Part shown: one piece after another, positions 8,933 through 17,831 of the stretch
How the letters are laid out: every line of letters begins with the position of its first letter
Position numbering within the stretch: the first letter of the stretch is position 1
Source: Clostridiales bacterium UBA1770
GTDB taxonomy: Bacteria > Bacillota > Clostridia > Oscillospirales > CAG-272
Direction of reading: 5' to 3'
NCBI GenBank assembly: GCA_002315325.1
Contig: DCGU01000054.1
Span: forward strand, 24,078-88,077
Length of the DNA stretch: 64,000 nucleotides
Program-made: the position numbers and the translations under genes
Notes under the pieces: model-generated
Told to the model about the DNA's origin: nothing
Seen by the model: the letters and a program-made list of their open reading frames with translations, nothing else
Database searches by the model: none

Positions 8933-11527
8933 TTATCCAAGGTCTTTTTTTATTTCAAACAATAACGTCATCGCCTCGTACGGAGACAAGGTGTTAACGT
9001 CGGTGGACCGAAGTTTTTCAATGACGCGGTCCTGCATCATATCGTCCATACTGATAACGGATTCATCCAATAGCGGCTTATCGTTGCCGGTATCTGCCGC
9101 AGCGATGGCCATGGCCGTGGTTTCCACGGACTTGAGCACCTCTTTGGCGCGCTTGATGACCTCGTTCGGCAGACCCGCCAGTTTGGCGACCTCGATACCG
9201 TAGCTGTCGTCGGTGGAACCGCGCACAATCTTACGTAGGAAGATGATATCGTCACCGCGCTTTTTGGCGGCAATGTTATAGTTCACAATGCCCTCGAACT
9301 CGTCCTCCATGGACGTCAGCTCGTGGTAATGCGTGGCAAACAGCGTCTTGGCACCGATTTTTTTGCTGTGCGTGTATTCGACGATGGCGCGGGCAATGCT
9401 CATGCCGTCGAACGTGGACGTGCCGCGGCCGACCTCGTCGTAAACGATAAGACTGCGTTTGGTCGCATTTTTCAGGATATAGGCGACCTCGTTCATTTCC
9501 AACATAAACGTGGACTGTCCCGACGCTAAATCGTCGGAGGCACCGACACGTGTAAAAATGAAATCCACGACACCGATGCGGGCGTCGGCAGCAGGGACGA
9601 AGGAGCCGATTTGCGCCATCAGCACAATCAGCGCCACCTGCCGCATATAGGTGGATTTACCCGCCATATTGGGGCCGGTAATCAGGGCCAGGCGGTTACG
9701 GTCGGTATCCAAATAGGTGTCGTTGGGCACAAAATAGGATTCCTTAACAAACTGCTCGACAACGGGATGACGGCCGTCCTTGATATCGATGACGGGGCAT
9801 TCGTCCACTTCGGGGCAGACGTATTTATTGCGTGCGGCCACCGACGCCAAGCTTTCGTACACGTCGAGTTGGGCCAACAGGAACGCAGCCTTTTGAATGC
9901 GTTCCGAAGCGGCGGAAACACGGCCGAGGATTTCCACGAAAAGCTCGTATTCCAGGCCGCGGATTTTTTCCTCGGCGCCGAGAATCGTCGCCTCCATATC
10001 TTTGAGTTCCTGCGTGATAAAGCGCTCGGCACCCGTCAGCGTCTGTTTGCGGACGTAACGGTCGGGCACCTGATCGAGCAGGGAGCGGGTCACTTCAATG
10101 TAATAGCCGAAAACCTTATTGTAACCGATTTTCAGCGTTTTGATGCCGGTTTTTTCGCGTTCTTCCTCGGTCATGCGGTCAATCCAGCCCTTACCGTCGT
10201 TCATAACGGAACGCAGATAATCGACCTGTTCGTCGTAGCCGTCAGCGATAAAACCGCCCTCACGCAGTGAAAACGGCGGCTCGATTTTAATGGCGCTGTT
10301 GATATCGGCGCAAACGTCCTCGAGCAAATCCATGTCTTCGCGAATGCGGCAAAGTTCCGCCGAGGTGCAGCCCTCCAACTGTTTTTTGACGTCGGGCAGT
10401 ATGGCGAGCGTGGCGGAAATGGCGCGCAAATCCTTGGCGTTGGCGGAGCCGTATACGACACGGGTAACCAAGCGTTCCATATCCAGTACGTTTGCAAGCA
10501 GCGTGCCGAGTTCGTGCCGCAGGATATAATTGCCGAACAGCTCGTTCACGGCGCCCTGGCGTGCGGTGATGGCCTTGACGTTCAACAGGGGCCGGTCAAT
10601 CCAGCGGCGCAAAAGGCGCGCGCCGGCGGCCGTATGGGTCTTATCCAACACCCACAAAAGCGTCCCCTTCTTTTCCTTGGTCCGCAGCGTTTCGGTGAGT
10701 TCCAGGTTGCGGCGCGTGTTGATATCCATATTCAGATACTGCCCGCCGGTATACAGCTGCAGTTCGCGGATATAGGACACGTCGCCCTTTTCCATTTCAC
10801 GGATGTATTGCAGCAGCGCACCGACGGCGGGACACAGCAGCGTATCCTCCAAAACCGATTCGCGGACGTTGCCGCCGAACTGTTCGGTGACGAGTTCGCG
10901 CGCATGCTTGGTATCGTAGCGGGTCCTCTGGTTATCGGCGAGCATGGCGCCGAGGCGTTCACGCACCAGCGTCGTGACGTTCGGGAAAGCAGAGGCCTCC
11001 AGGTTCATGAGCACTTCGCTCGGCGCGTAGGTGCCGAGTTCGTTGCACAAACTGCCCTGCCAATCGCCGCCCTCAAAGGACGTGGCGTAGACGACCGGTG
11101 TGGACACGTCGGCAAACGCAATGCCGCAGCCGTTTTCGGTCAGATACAGGGCACACAGATAGTTGTTCTTTTGGTCGGTTAACAGATTCGATTCCAAAAT
11201 GGTGCCGGGGGTCACGACGCGAATCACTTCACGTTTGACCAGGCCCACTGCCTTGGCAGGGTCCTCGGTTTGCTCGCAAATGGCAACCTTGAAACCTTTT
11301 TCTATCAGTTTTCCGATATAGACCTCGCAGGCATGGAACGGCACGCCGCACATGGGGGCGCGTTCCTCTTCCCCGCAGTCTTTGCCGGTCAACGTCAGGT
11401 CGATGGCCTTCGACGCAATTTTGGCGTCCTCATAAAACATCTCGTAAAAGTCGCCGACACGGTAAAACAACAGATAATCTTTATATTGATTTTTGATTTC
11501 AAAATACTGCTCCATCATCGGAGTCAT
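8933..11527 (-). CDS. mutS: DNA mismatch repair protein MutS
   Basis: MTPMMEQYFEIK N-terminus, Walker A GPNMAGKST and FATHYHEL. Confidence 0.97.
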   Translation of the reverse strand: MTPMMEQYFEIKNQYKDYLLFYRVGDFYEMFYEDAKIASKAIDLTLTGKDCGEEERAPMCGVPFHACEVYIGKLIEKGFKVAICEQTEDPAKAVGLVKREVIRVVTPGTILESNLLTDQKNNYLCALYLTENGCGIAFADVSTPVVYATSFEGGDWQGSLCNELGTYAPSEVLMNLEASAFPNVTTLVRERLGAMLADNQRTRYDTKHARELVTEQFGGNVRESVLEDTLLCPAVGALLQYIREMEKGDVSYIRELQLYTGGQYLNMDINTRRNLELTETLRTKEKKGTLLWVLDKTHTAAGARLLRRWIDRPLLNVKAITARQGAVNELFGNYILRHELGTLLANVLDMERLVTRVVYGSANAKDLRAISATLAILPDVKKQLEGCTSAELCRIREDMDLLEDVCADINSAIKIEPPFSLREGGFIADGYDEQVDYLRSVMNDGKGWIDRMTEEEREKTGIKTLKIGYNKVFGYYIEVTRSLLDQVPDRYVRKQTLTGAERFITQELKDMEATILGAEEKIRGLEYELFVEILGRVSAASERIQKAAFLLAQLDVYESLASVAARNKYVCPEVDECPVIDIKDGRHPVVEQFVKESYFVPNDTYLDTDRNRLALITGPNMAGKSTYMRQVALIVLMAQIGSFVPAADARIGVVDFIFTRVGASDDLASGQSTFMLEMNEVAYILKNATKRSLIVYDEVGRGTSTFDGMSIARAIVEYTHSKKIGAKTLFATHYHELTSMEDEFEGIVNYNIAAKKRGDDIIFLRKIVRGSTDDSYGIEVAKLAGLPNEVIKRAKEVLKSVETTAMAIAAADTGNDKPLLDESVISMDDMMQDRVIEKLRSTDVNTLSPYEAMTLLFEIKKDLG

Positions 11528-11579
11528 AGCCGTGTTCCCTCCTTTTCCGTGCAGGCGTTACGCCCGGACGTATTCCCGA

Positions 11580-11990
11580 TTAACCGTGGCAGTGACCGCC
11601 GCAGGTAGAACAATCGTGGGTGCAATTGGGATCTTCCCCCGTTACGTTGAACATAATCGTAGAGTTCACGCGGTTCATGAGCTCGTTGACCTCGTTCTGT
11701 GCCTCGTTGAGTGCGACGAACGCGGGGTGCTCGGCAATCTCGCGATACAAAACGTTGATGCGGTTTTGAATCATACCGATGATATCGGAATTGCGGTCGG
11801 CCTTGGATGCCTCGGCCTGCATCGCCTTTTCCTGTACCTCGTACTCGATCATTTTGCGTTTGAGATCGGCGTCGGCCTCGTAAGCGGCCTTGGCCTGTTC
11901 CAGTTTGACCAGACTCGGTTCAGCCTTCAGCGCCTGACCGAGGGCCGTGGCCAGTTCAAATATTTTATCCTGATTCGGTGTGGTAGACAT
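11580..11990 (-). CDS. YlbF/YmcA (RicF/RicA-like) family regulator with Cys/His-rich C-terminal tail
   Basis: Helical YlbF-like body. C-terminus is NCTHDCSTCGGHCHG. Sits between miaB and mutS. Confidence 0.6.
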   Translation of the reverse strand: MSTTPNQDKIFELATALGQALKAEPSLVKLEQAKAAYEADADLKRKMIEYEVQEKAMQAEASKADRNSDIIGMIQNRINVLYREIAEHPAFVALNEAQNEVNELMNRVNSTIMFNVTGEDPNCTHDCSTCGGHCHG

Positions 11991-12016
11991 ATCTTTACAA
12001 TCCTTTCAAACAATGG

Positions 12017-13441
12017 TTATCGAATCACGTCGCCGTACAGGGCGAACGTGTCCGCACGGGTGACGTGAACATTTAAAAATTGACCGATATCCGCGGGACC
12101 GGCGTCAAAAAAGACGATTTTGTTGGTGGCGGTACGGCCCGACCATACGCCGGGGTCGTTTTTACTGGGACCGTCGCACAGCACGCGAACCGTTGTGTCG
12201 TTCAGCGGTGCATTGACTTCAAGCGAGATGGCGTTTTGCGTCTGCAGCAGACGATTGAAGCGCTCGCTCTGTACGGCAGGCGGGATTTGGTCTGGCATCT
12301 CGGCGGCAGGGGTGCCGCGGCGGGGCGAATAGATAAACGAGAAGATCATATCGAAGCGGGCGCTCTTGAGCACGTTCAGCGTTGCTTCGAAGTCCTCCTC
12401 GGTTTCCCCCGGGAACCCGACGATGATATCCGTCGTCACGGCCATATCCGGCACGGTTTGGCGGATATACGAGAGAATATCCTGATACCGCGCCAGGTCG
12501 TAGTGGCGGTTCATCAGTTTCAAAATACGGTCGCTGCCCGATTGAATCGGCAGATGGAAATGATGGGCAATATGACGGCCGTTTGCCATCACGTCCACCA
12601 ATTTCCGCGTCGCATCCTTCGGATGGCTGGTCATAAACCGCAGCCACCAATCGCCCTCGATGGCGTCGAGCATAGCGAGCAGGTCGGCAAAGTCAATGCC
12701 GTCGTCGTTATCCTTGCCGTAGGAGTTGACGTTTTGTCCCAGCAGCGTGATATCGCGGTACCCGTTTTGCACCAGCTCACGCACCTCACGCACGATATCC
12801 TCGGCACGGCGGCTGCGTTCACGGCCGCGAACGTAGGGCACGATACAGTACGAGCAAAAATTGTTGCAGCCGTACATAATGGAAACCCAGGCGTGGCGGT
12901 TGTCGCCGCGGCGGATGGGCAGGCCCTCCGCCACCATATATTTTTCCTCATCGGGGAGGAACATACGCTTATCCTTTTCCCGGCGTTCCCACAACAGCTG
13001 CGGGAAACGATGAATGGACGACGTACCGAAAACGATATCCACGTAGGGCAAGCTGCGCTTGATTTCTTCGCGCCGGTGCGCCTGCGTGACCATACAGCCG
13101 CAAACGGCGACGGTCAAATCCGGATTTTGCGCCTTTAAATGCTTGTATTGGCCGACGATGGAGAGTGCCTTTTGTTCGGCGTGCTCACGGATGGCACAGG
13201 TGTTGACCACGATGAGCTCGGCCTCTTGCGGGTTCGATACGGTTTTATACCCCATGGCCTCGGCCATACCGGCCAGCTTTTCACTGTCCGCCTCATTTTG
13301 TTGGCACCCGAACGTCAGGACAAAGACACCCGGCACGGCGGCCTTTGCCGCATTTTGCGCCTTGATTTTTTCTATATATTGTTTTTGAAGTTCGACTTCT
13401 TCGGCAGGCAGGAAATGATCCGCCCGGCTGCAGCTATCCAT
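12017..13441 (-). CDS. miaB: tRNA-2-methylthio-N6-dimethylallyladenosine synthase MiaB
   Basis: UPF0004 domain, radical-SAM CNNFCSYCIVP and a TRAM C-terminus. Start moved to ATG 13441 (MDSCS...) after GGAGGGG. Confidence 0.92.
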   Translation of the reverse strand: MDSCSRADHFLPAEEVELQKQYIEKIKAQNAAKAAVPGVFVLTFGCQQNEADSEKLAGMAEAMGYKTVSNPQEAELIVVNTCAIREHAEQKALSIVGQYKHLKAQNPDLTVAVCGCMVTQAHRREEIKRSLPYVDIVFGTSSIHRFPQLLWERREKDKRMFLPDEEKYMVAEGLPIRRGDNRHAWVSIMYGCNNFCSYCIVPYVRGRERSRRAEDIVREVRELVQNGYRDITLLGQNVNSYGKDNDDGIDFADLLAMLDAIEGDWWLRFMTSHPKDATRKLVDVMANGRHIAHHFHLPIQSGSDRILKLMNRHYDLARYQDILSYIRQTVPDMAVTTDIIVGFPGETEEDFEATLNVLKSARFDMIFSFIYSPRRGTPAAEMPDQIPPAVQSERFNRLLQTQNAISLEVNAPLNDTTVRVLCDGPSKNDPGVWSGRTATNKIVFFDAGPADIGQFLNVHVTRADTFALYGDVIR

Positions 13442-13502
13442 GGAAACTACCCCTCCGCTTTTGTGAGATAAGACATAATATGACATTATAATACAGTATA
13501 TT

Positions 13503-13532
13503 ATTATACTCTATAATGGTTATGACTGTCAA
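13503..13532 (-). promoter_or_regulatory. sigma-70-type promoter for miaB
   Basis: Minus strand reads TTGACA, 18 nt, TATAAT. Confidence 0.5.
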
Positions 13533-13583
13533 GGAAAAACGGGGAGTGATTGTCCGACTGCATCTGTGTCGGACAATCACTCC
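13531..13583 (-). terminator. Intrinsic terminator after the first fucosidase gene
   Basis: 18-bp stem GGGGAGTGATTGTCCGAC/GTCGGACAATCACTCCCC followed by GTTTTT on the minus strand. Confidence 0.75.
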
Positions 13584-13597
13584 CCGCATCGGGATCG

Positions 13598-14773
13598 TTA
13601 TTGCACGTAATAAAGTTTAATATCGGTCAATTCAAAATCTGCATCCGCATCGGTGATTTCCAAAATCAGACTTCCGAACCAATACGGCGGGATCGTAACA
13701 ATCTGCTTGTGACCGACGGTTTTGCCGTCATACAGATGCATCGTGTCGTCGCCGGCACCGATGGTGAAGGCGTGAATCTTCTCCCCCTGCAAAAGATTTT
13801 CGGACAGCACAACGGTGTTGAGCAGCTGCGGCTGCGCAAGGTGCAGAATAAAGCGGTTGCCCTTTCGTTCCAAGGTATACGGCACGGGGTTGGCAAAGCG
13901 GCGGTCCAGTTCGCGTTTCATACCCACGAGCGCGTCGCAGTCTGCCTGCGGCAGAACACCCTCCCGGTTGGGTCCGATATTCAGCAGCAGGTTATTCCCG
14001 CGGCCGACGCTGTAGTACCACAGGCCGCACAAATCCGCGACAGGGCGCACGAGGTGCTCGTCGCGATCGCTGAAAAACCAGTTGCCGCGGCGCATCTTGC
14101 AGTCGCATTCAAAAGGACGGAACACGCCGCCCGACACGTAGGACGTGCCAAAAGGCGTGATGCCCTCCTCGTTGCCGATCCAATCGGTACCCTGCCCAAA
14201 GCCGAAAATCAAAATGTCGGGCTGCAGACGATGAATTTCCCCCAAGATCCGCGGCCAATCGTATTCGTGGCCGCCGCTGCCGCAGCCGTCAAACCACAAA
14301 TAATCGATTTTGCCGTAATTCGACAACAGCTCCGTCATTTGATTGACAAAATAGTCGTCGTAGGCTTTCGCGTCGACAAAGGCAAAGCCGAACTGCGCCG
14401 GGCTGTAGTATAACCCGATACCGAGACCGTATTTACGGCAGGCGTCGGTAAACTGACGCACGACGTCGCCTTTACCGTTTTGGTACGGCGTGTTTTTGAC
14501 GCTGTAATCGGAATAGGCGGACGGCCAGTTGGCAAATCCGTCGTGGTGTTTGGCCGTCATGACGGCGTATTTTGCACCGGCCTCTTTGATGGTGCGGATC
14601 CACTGTTCACAGTCGATTTTCTCCGGGTTGAATCCGGCCGGTATCATTTCCGCCTCGTGCCCGTCCCAGTCGGTATGCCCCTCGTAAAACGTGCGAATCC
14701 CGAAATGGAAAAAGACACCGAATTCCCAATCCAGGAATTTCAGTTGGTTTTGTGTCGGTTTCGGTTGTGCCAT
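13598..14773 (-). CDS. Alpha-L-fucosidase, GH29 family
   Basis: FGVFFHFG and TAKHHDGFANWPS motifs. ATG 14773 follows GGGGAGGG. Confidence 0.85.
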   Translation of the reverse strand: MAQPKPTQNQLKFLDWEFGVFFHFGIRTFYEGHTDWDGHEAEMIPAGFNPEKIDCEQWIRTIKEAGAKYAVMTAKHHDGFANWPSAYSDYSVKNTPYQNGKGDVVRQFTDACRKYGLGIGLYYSPAQFGFAFVDAKAYDDYFVNQMTELLSNYGKIDYLWFDGCGSGGHEYDWPRILGEIHRLQPDILIFGFGQGTDWIGNEEGITPFGTSYVSGGVFRPFECDCKMRRGNWFFSDRDEHLVRPVADLCGLWYYSVGRGNNLLLNIGPNREGVLPQADCDALVGMKRELDRRFANPVPYTLERKGNRFILHLAQPQLLNTVVLSENLLQGEKIHAFTIGAGDDTMHLYDGKTVGHKQIVTIPPYWFGSLILEITDADADFELTDIKLYYVQ

Positions 14774-14859
14774 AATGCCCTCCCCTATTTGAAATATCAT
14801 TTCTATTATAAAAAAATATCATGGCGGTGTCAACCCCGCATTTTGTTTCCAATCGGATA

Positions 14860-14888
14860 TTGACAGATGACGCGCCGCGTTTTATACT
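14860..14888 (+). promoter_or_regulatory. sigma-70-type promoter for the GyrI-like/CDP-alcohol-PT pair
   Basis: TTGACA, 17 nt, TATACT. A CCCGCC/GGCGGG hairpin lies in the leader. Confidence 0.55.
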
Positions 14889-14951
14889 ATATAGGATATA
14901 ATACGCCCGCCGTGCAGGCGGGAACCACTGCCAAGAACGGAGGAATCAAAT

Positions 14952-15458
14952 ATGAATGTCAATTACGAAACCAAACCCGCGCTTACTTTTATCGGTTTCC
15001 ATACGGAAATGAAACCGGATGAAGGATACGTCAAATGCCCGGAATTTTGGGATAAAGAATACAATCAAAAATATGCGCACCTGTGGCAGACAATGACGCC
15101 GCAGACCCCCGTGGAAAAGGCACTGCTGGATAACGTCATCGGGACGTATGCCCTGTGTGTTGACCGTGAAGACGGCTTTTCCTATTGGATTGCCGGCCTG
15201 TATCAGGGCGGCGACGTACCCGCAGGCCTGGAACTGTTCACCTGCCCTGCCGGTGACTGGGCTGTTTTTCAGGCACAGGGGCCGCTGCCGGAATCTATGC
15301 AGACGTTGAACAAGGCCATATGGCAGGAATGGTTCCCGCAGGAGGGCAAAGCGCACGGCGCCGACGGCAAGATGATGGTAGAGGTCTACTCCGCCAACAA
15401 TCCGCAATCGCCCGACTATACCTGCGGCATTTGGATGCCTGTTTGCGGGCAGTCATAA
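14952..15458 (+). CDS. GyrI-like (AraC effector-binding / SOUL-like) small-molecule-binding protein
   Basis: Size and sequence are typical of the GyrI-like family (KPALTFIGFHTEM...EVYSANNPQSPDY). GGAGG RBS. Confidence 0.65.
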   Translation: MNVNYETKPALTFIGFHTEMKPDEGYVKCPEFWDKEYNQKYAHLWQTMTPQTPVEKALLDNVIGTYALCVDREDGFSYWIAGLYQGGDVPAGLELFTCPAGDWAVFQAQGPLPESMQTLNKAIWQEWFPQEGKAHGADGKMMVEVYSANNPQSPDYTCGIWMPVCGQS

Positions 15459-15979
15459 TGCCGATTTATCAAGAAACAGCGTGGCGCCGGCGCATTGCCG
15501 GCGCCATTACGTTATGCCGCATCCCCTGCGCACTGTTGTTGCTGCTGTGGGAGCCGACCGCGGTCCCGTTTCTGATTTTTTATCTTTTATGCGGCCTGTC
15601 CGACGTACTGGACGGGTTCACGGCACGGGCGCTCCGGGCGACGAGCGAACAGGGGGCCAAGCTGGACAGTATCGCCGATTTTGTCTTTGCGGTTGTCTGG
15701 GTTGTTCGAGTCGTACCGACAATGCAAATACCGCGGTGGATTTGGGCGTGGGCAGCAGCCATCGCTGCCGTGAAAGTGACGGGAGCGATTGCGTCCTACG
15801 TCAAAGAAAAGCGTCTCATTCCGCACTCCGTCGCCAATAAAGTGACGGGCGTGCTGTTGTTTCTTTTGCCGTTGACGGTACGATTTATTGACGTACGATA
15901 CGGGTCCATCGCCGTTTGTGCGGCTGCAACAGTCGCCGCCGCGGACGACGTAATACGTATGGGGAGGAACAAACGGTGA
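15458..15979 (+). CDS. CDP-alcohol phosphatidyltransferase family protein (PgsA-like, short)
   Basis: Signature D-x2-DG-x2-AR-x8-G-x3-D-x3-D (SDVLDGFTARALRATSEQGAKLDSIADF). Multi-TM. Start overlaps the upstream stop as TAATG. Confidence 0.8.
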   Translation: MPIYQETAWRRRIAGAITLCRIPCALLLLLWEPTAVPFLIFYLLCGLSDVLDGFTARALRATSEQGAKLDSIADFVFAVVWVVRVVPTMQIPRWIWAWAAAIAAVKVTGAIASYVKEKRLIPHSVANKVTGVLLFLLPLTVRFIDVRYGSIAVCAAATVAAADDVIRMGRNKR

Positions 15980-16034
15980 CGTTTGAGAAAATAAGTCAAT
16001 CATAAAAGCAACCGAAAACGTTTCATTGCAAAGA

Positions 16035-16090
16035 AAAGGGCTGTTGTTCATACGCTTTTGTATATGCGTATTGACAACAGCCCTTTATAT
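16035..16090. terminator. Convergent-gene terminator hairpin
   Basis: AAAGGGCTGTTGT/ACAACAGCCCTTT stem enclosing a second small hairpin. Confidence 0.6.
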
Positions 16091-16095
16091 TCGTA

Positions 16096-17385
16096 TCAAT
16101 AAACGGCGATATCCCGCAACGTTGCACCGTCAACCGTTTTCGTCAGTTCAATCGTGACCGCGGTAACGTTTTTGCCGACAAGCGGCAGGATGCGCTTATG
16201 CCCGATACAATGACCGGTTGCGGCTTCGACACCGTCGAACAGAACGCGGAAACCACGGATGCGGTGCCCCTGTGTCATATCCTCACGCAGCACCACGTAG
16301 GAAATATCGGCGGGGGCCGGCAGCGTGACCGTCTGCGTTAAGCAAGCCGAACCGACGGCATAGCCCCGTCGCGCACCATCGCCAAAGGTATCCTGTAAAA
16401 GTTTACCGAAAGAACGGAACTGCTCTTCGTCCTCAAAACGGCCGTCTTTTCCGATGGCCATACCGAGCAGAAGGTTGGAGTTGCGCCCGACGGAATGCAG
16501 ATAACAATCCAGCAGATGCTTTGCAGAAAAGACGTGGTCGGTCTGTCCCGGTTTCCATGCCCATCCGCCGCCGAATGCCAGATGGTCCCGGTTCGGCATA
16601 TCGGTTTCGGCCGGCGCGTAATAGATGCCGTCCGGGTCACCGCATCCCGCCTCTTCATTCGGCTTTGTTCCGTCAAACCGATTTTCCCCTGCAAAAGTCG
16701 CCGCCCAACAGTCTGCCGGTGCCAGTCCGTCCTCGTTTCCTACCCAGCGGAGATTATGCGGGTACCCCTTCGGTCCCTGGAAGCAAAGTGCATTCGGCTG
16801 ATACTTTTTCAAAATCGGCACGAGATTGGGGCCGCCTTTTTCGAGCGGGACAATGCCGCCGTCAAACCAGATTTCAAACAGGTCGCCGTATTGTGACCAA
16901 AGCTCCGTCACCTGCGCCTCTACGTGCTTCACGTAATCGTGGTACCACGCCGTTGCGAAGGTTTCATCGTTCATCTTCTCATCATTAATACCGTAATACC
17001 CGTTACACCCGGTTGAGTAGTAAAGCCCCGGTTTGAGGCCGTATTTACGGCACGAGGCAATAAAATCCCGAACGATATCGCCCTTGCCGTCCCCATAGGC
17101 ACATCCGGCCACGGAATACGGGTTATCCTTCGTCTGCCACAGTGAAAAACCGGTGCAATGGTTGGCCACCAAGACGGCATACTTGGCGCCCATCTCGTGC
17201 GCGGAACGAATCCACTGGTCGGTGTCCCATCCTTGTGGTGCAAAGCACGACGGCGGCAGCTCGTCCCGAACAGTCGATAATTTGGGGTTGGCCGTCGGGT
17301 TATAAATATCCATCAGGTAATGGATAATGACACCGAGCTCCATATCCTGCCAGATTAATTGTTCTTTGGTTGGTATCGCCGGCAT
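16096..17385 (-). CDS. Alpha-L-fucosidase, GH29 family (second copy, divergent)
   Basis: LGVIIHY and VANHCTGFSLWQT motifs, C-terminal beta-domain. CGGAGGA RBS. Confidence 0.8.
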   Translation of the reverse strand: MPAIPTKEQLIWQDMELGVIIHYLMDIYNPTANPKLSTVRDELPPSCFAPQGWDTDQWIRSAHEMGAKYAVLVANHCTGFSLWQTKDNPYSVAGCAYGDGKGDIVRDFIASCRKYGLKPGLYYSTGCNGYYGINDEKMNDETFATAWYHDYVKHVEAQVTELWSQYGDLFEIWFDGGIVPLEKGGPNLVPILKKYQPNALCFQGPKGYPHNLRWVGNEDGLAPADCWAATFAGENRFDGTKPNEEAGCGDPDGIYYAPAETDMPNRDHLAFGGGWAWKPGQTDHVFSAKHLLDCYLHSVGRNSNLLLGMAIGKDGRFEDEEQFRSFGKLLQDTFGDGARRGYAVGSACLTQTVTLPAPADISYVVLREDMTQGHRIRGFRVLFDGVEAATGHCIGHKRILPLVGKNVTAVTIELTKTVDGATLRDIAVY

Positions 17386-17420
17386 AACGTGTGTCCTCCG
17401 AATTATTCATTATTGGGATT

Positions 17421-17777
17421 TTAATTCGTTAAATTACTTTTTGACGTGTTAATGGAAGAGACGAGCATGACTCTGATGCTTGCGCAGGCAAAATCAAGTG
17501 ATTTATACTCTTCCTCGGAAATATAATTCGTTTTATGTAATAATTCAAGCCAATAACCTGTTTCGTTTGCTTCTTTCAAGGCAATTTGAAGCTTTGCAAC
17601 AAAATCTGCTTTTCCGTGGGCATATTGTGCTTCACGGATGTTCGCACCGATGGAGGTACCGCTTCTGCCGATTTGATTGGAGATGACCGATTCGTGTTTT
17701 CCTTTCAAGTATTTTACCAAATTGATAATGGAAACCGCAAAATCCATAGATTGAACAGATAGCTGATCATTACGCAT
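17421..17777 (-). CDS. Four-helix-bundle protein (23S rRNA intervening-sequence protein / Avd-like family, PF05635-type)
   Basis: QIGRSGTSIGANIREAQ...AKLQIALKEANETGYWLELL is the family signature. ATG 17777 follows AAGGTGAG. The gene is visibly AT-rich relative to its neighbours. Confidence 0.85.
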   Translation of the reverse strand: MRNDQLSVQSMDFAVSIINLVKYLKGKHESVISNQIGRSGTSIGANIREAQYAHGKADFVAKLQIALKEANETGYWLELLHKTNYISEEEYKSLDFACASIRVMLVSSINTSKSNLTN

Positions 17778-17802
17778 ACTATGCTCACCTTCTTTCATCT
17801 TA

Positions 17803-17831
17803 ATCATAGCAAAATATAACGCTATTGTCAA
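17803..17831 (-). promoter_or_regulatory. sigma-70-type promoter for the four-helix-bundle gene
   Basis: Minus strand reads TTGACA, 17 nt, TATGAT. The -35 overlaps the outermost CTTCATT repeat. Confidence 0.5.

Noticed and set aside
15320-15457. N-terminal 46-aa extension of the CDP-alcohol phosphatidyltransferase ORF
   Set aside because: The extension overlaps the GyrI-like gene out of frame and is Arg-rich nonsense. The ATG at 15458 gives a typical family N-terminus and a TAATG coupling junction.
17421-17777. Diversity-generating retroelement, because the protein is Avd-like
   Set aside because: No reverse transcriptase and no template/variable repeat pair with adenine-specific differences could be found anywhere in the 64 kb. 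A stand-alone four-helix-bundle gene is common.
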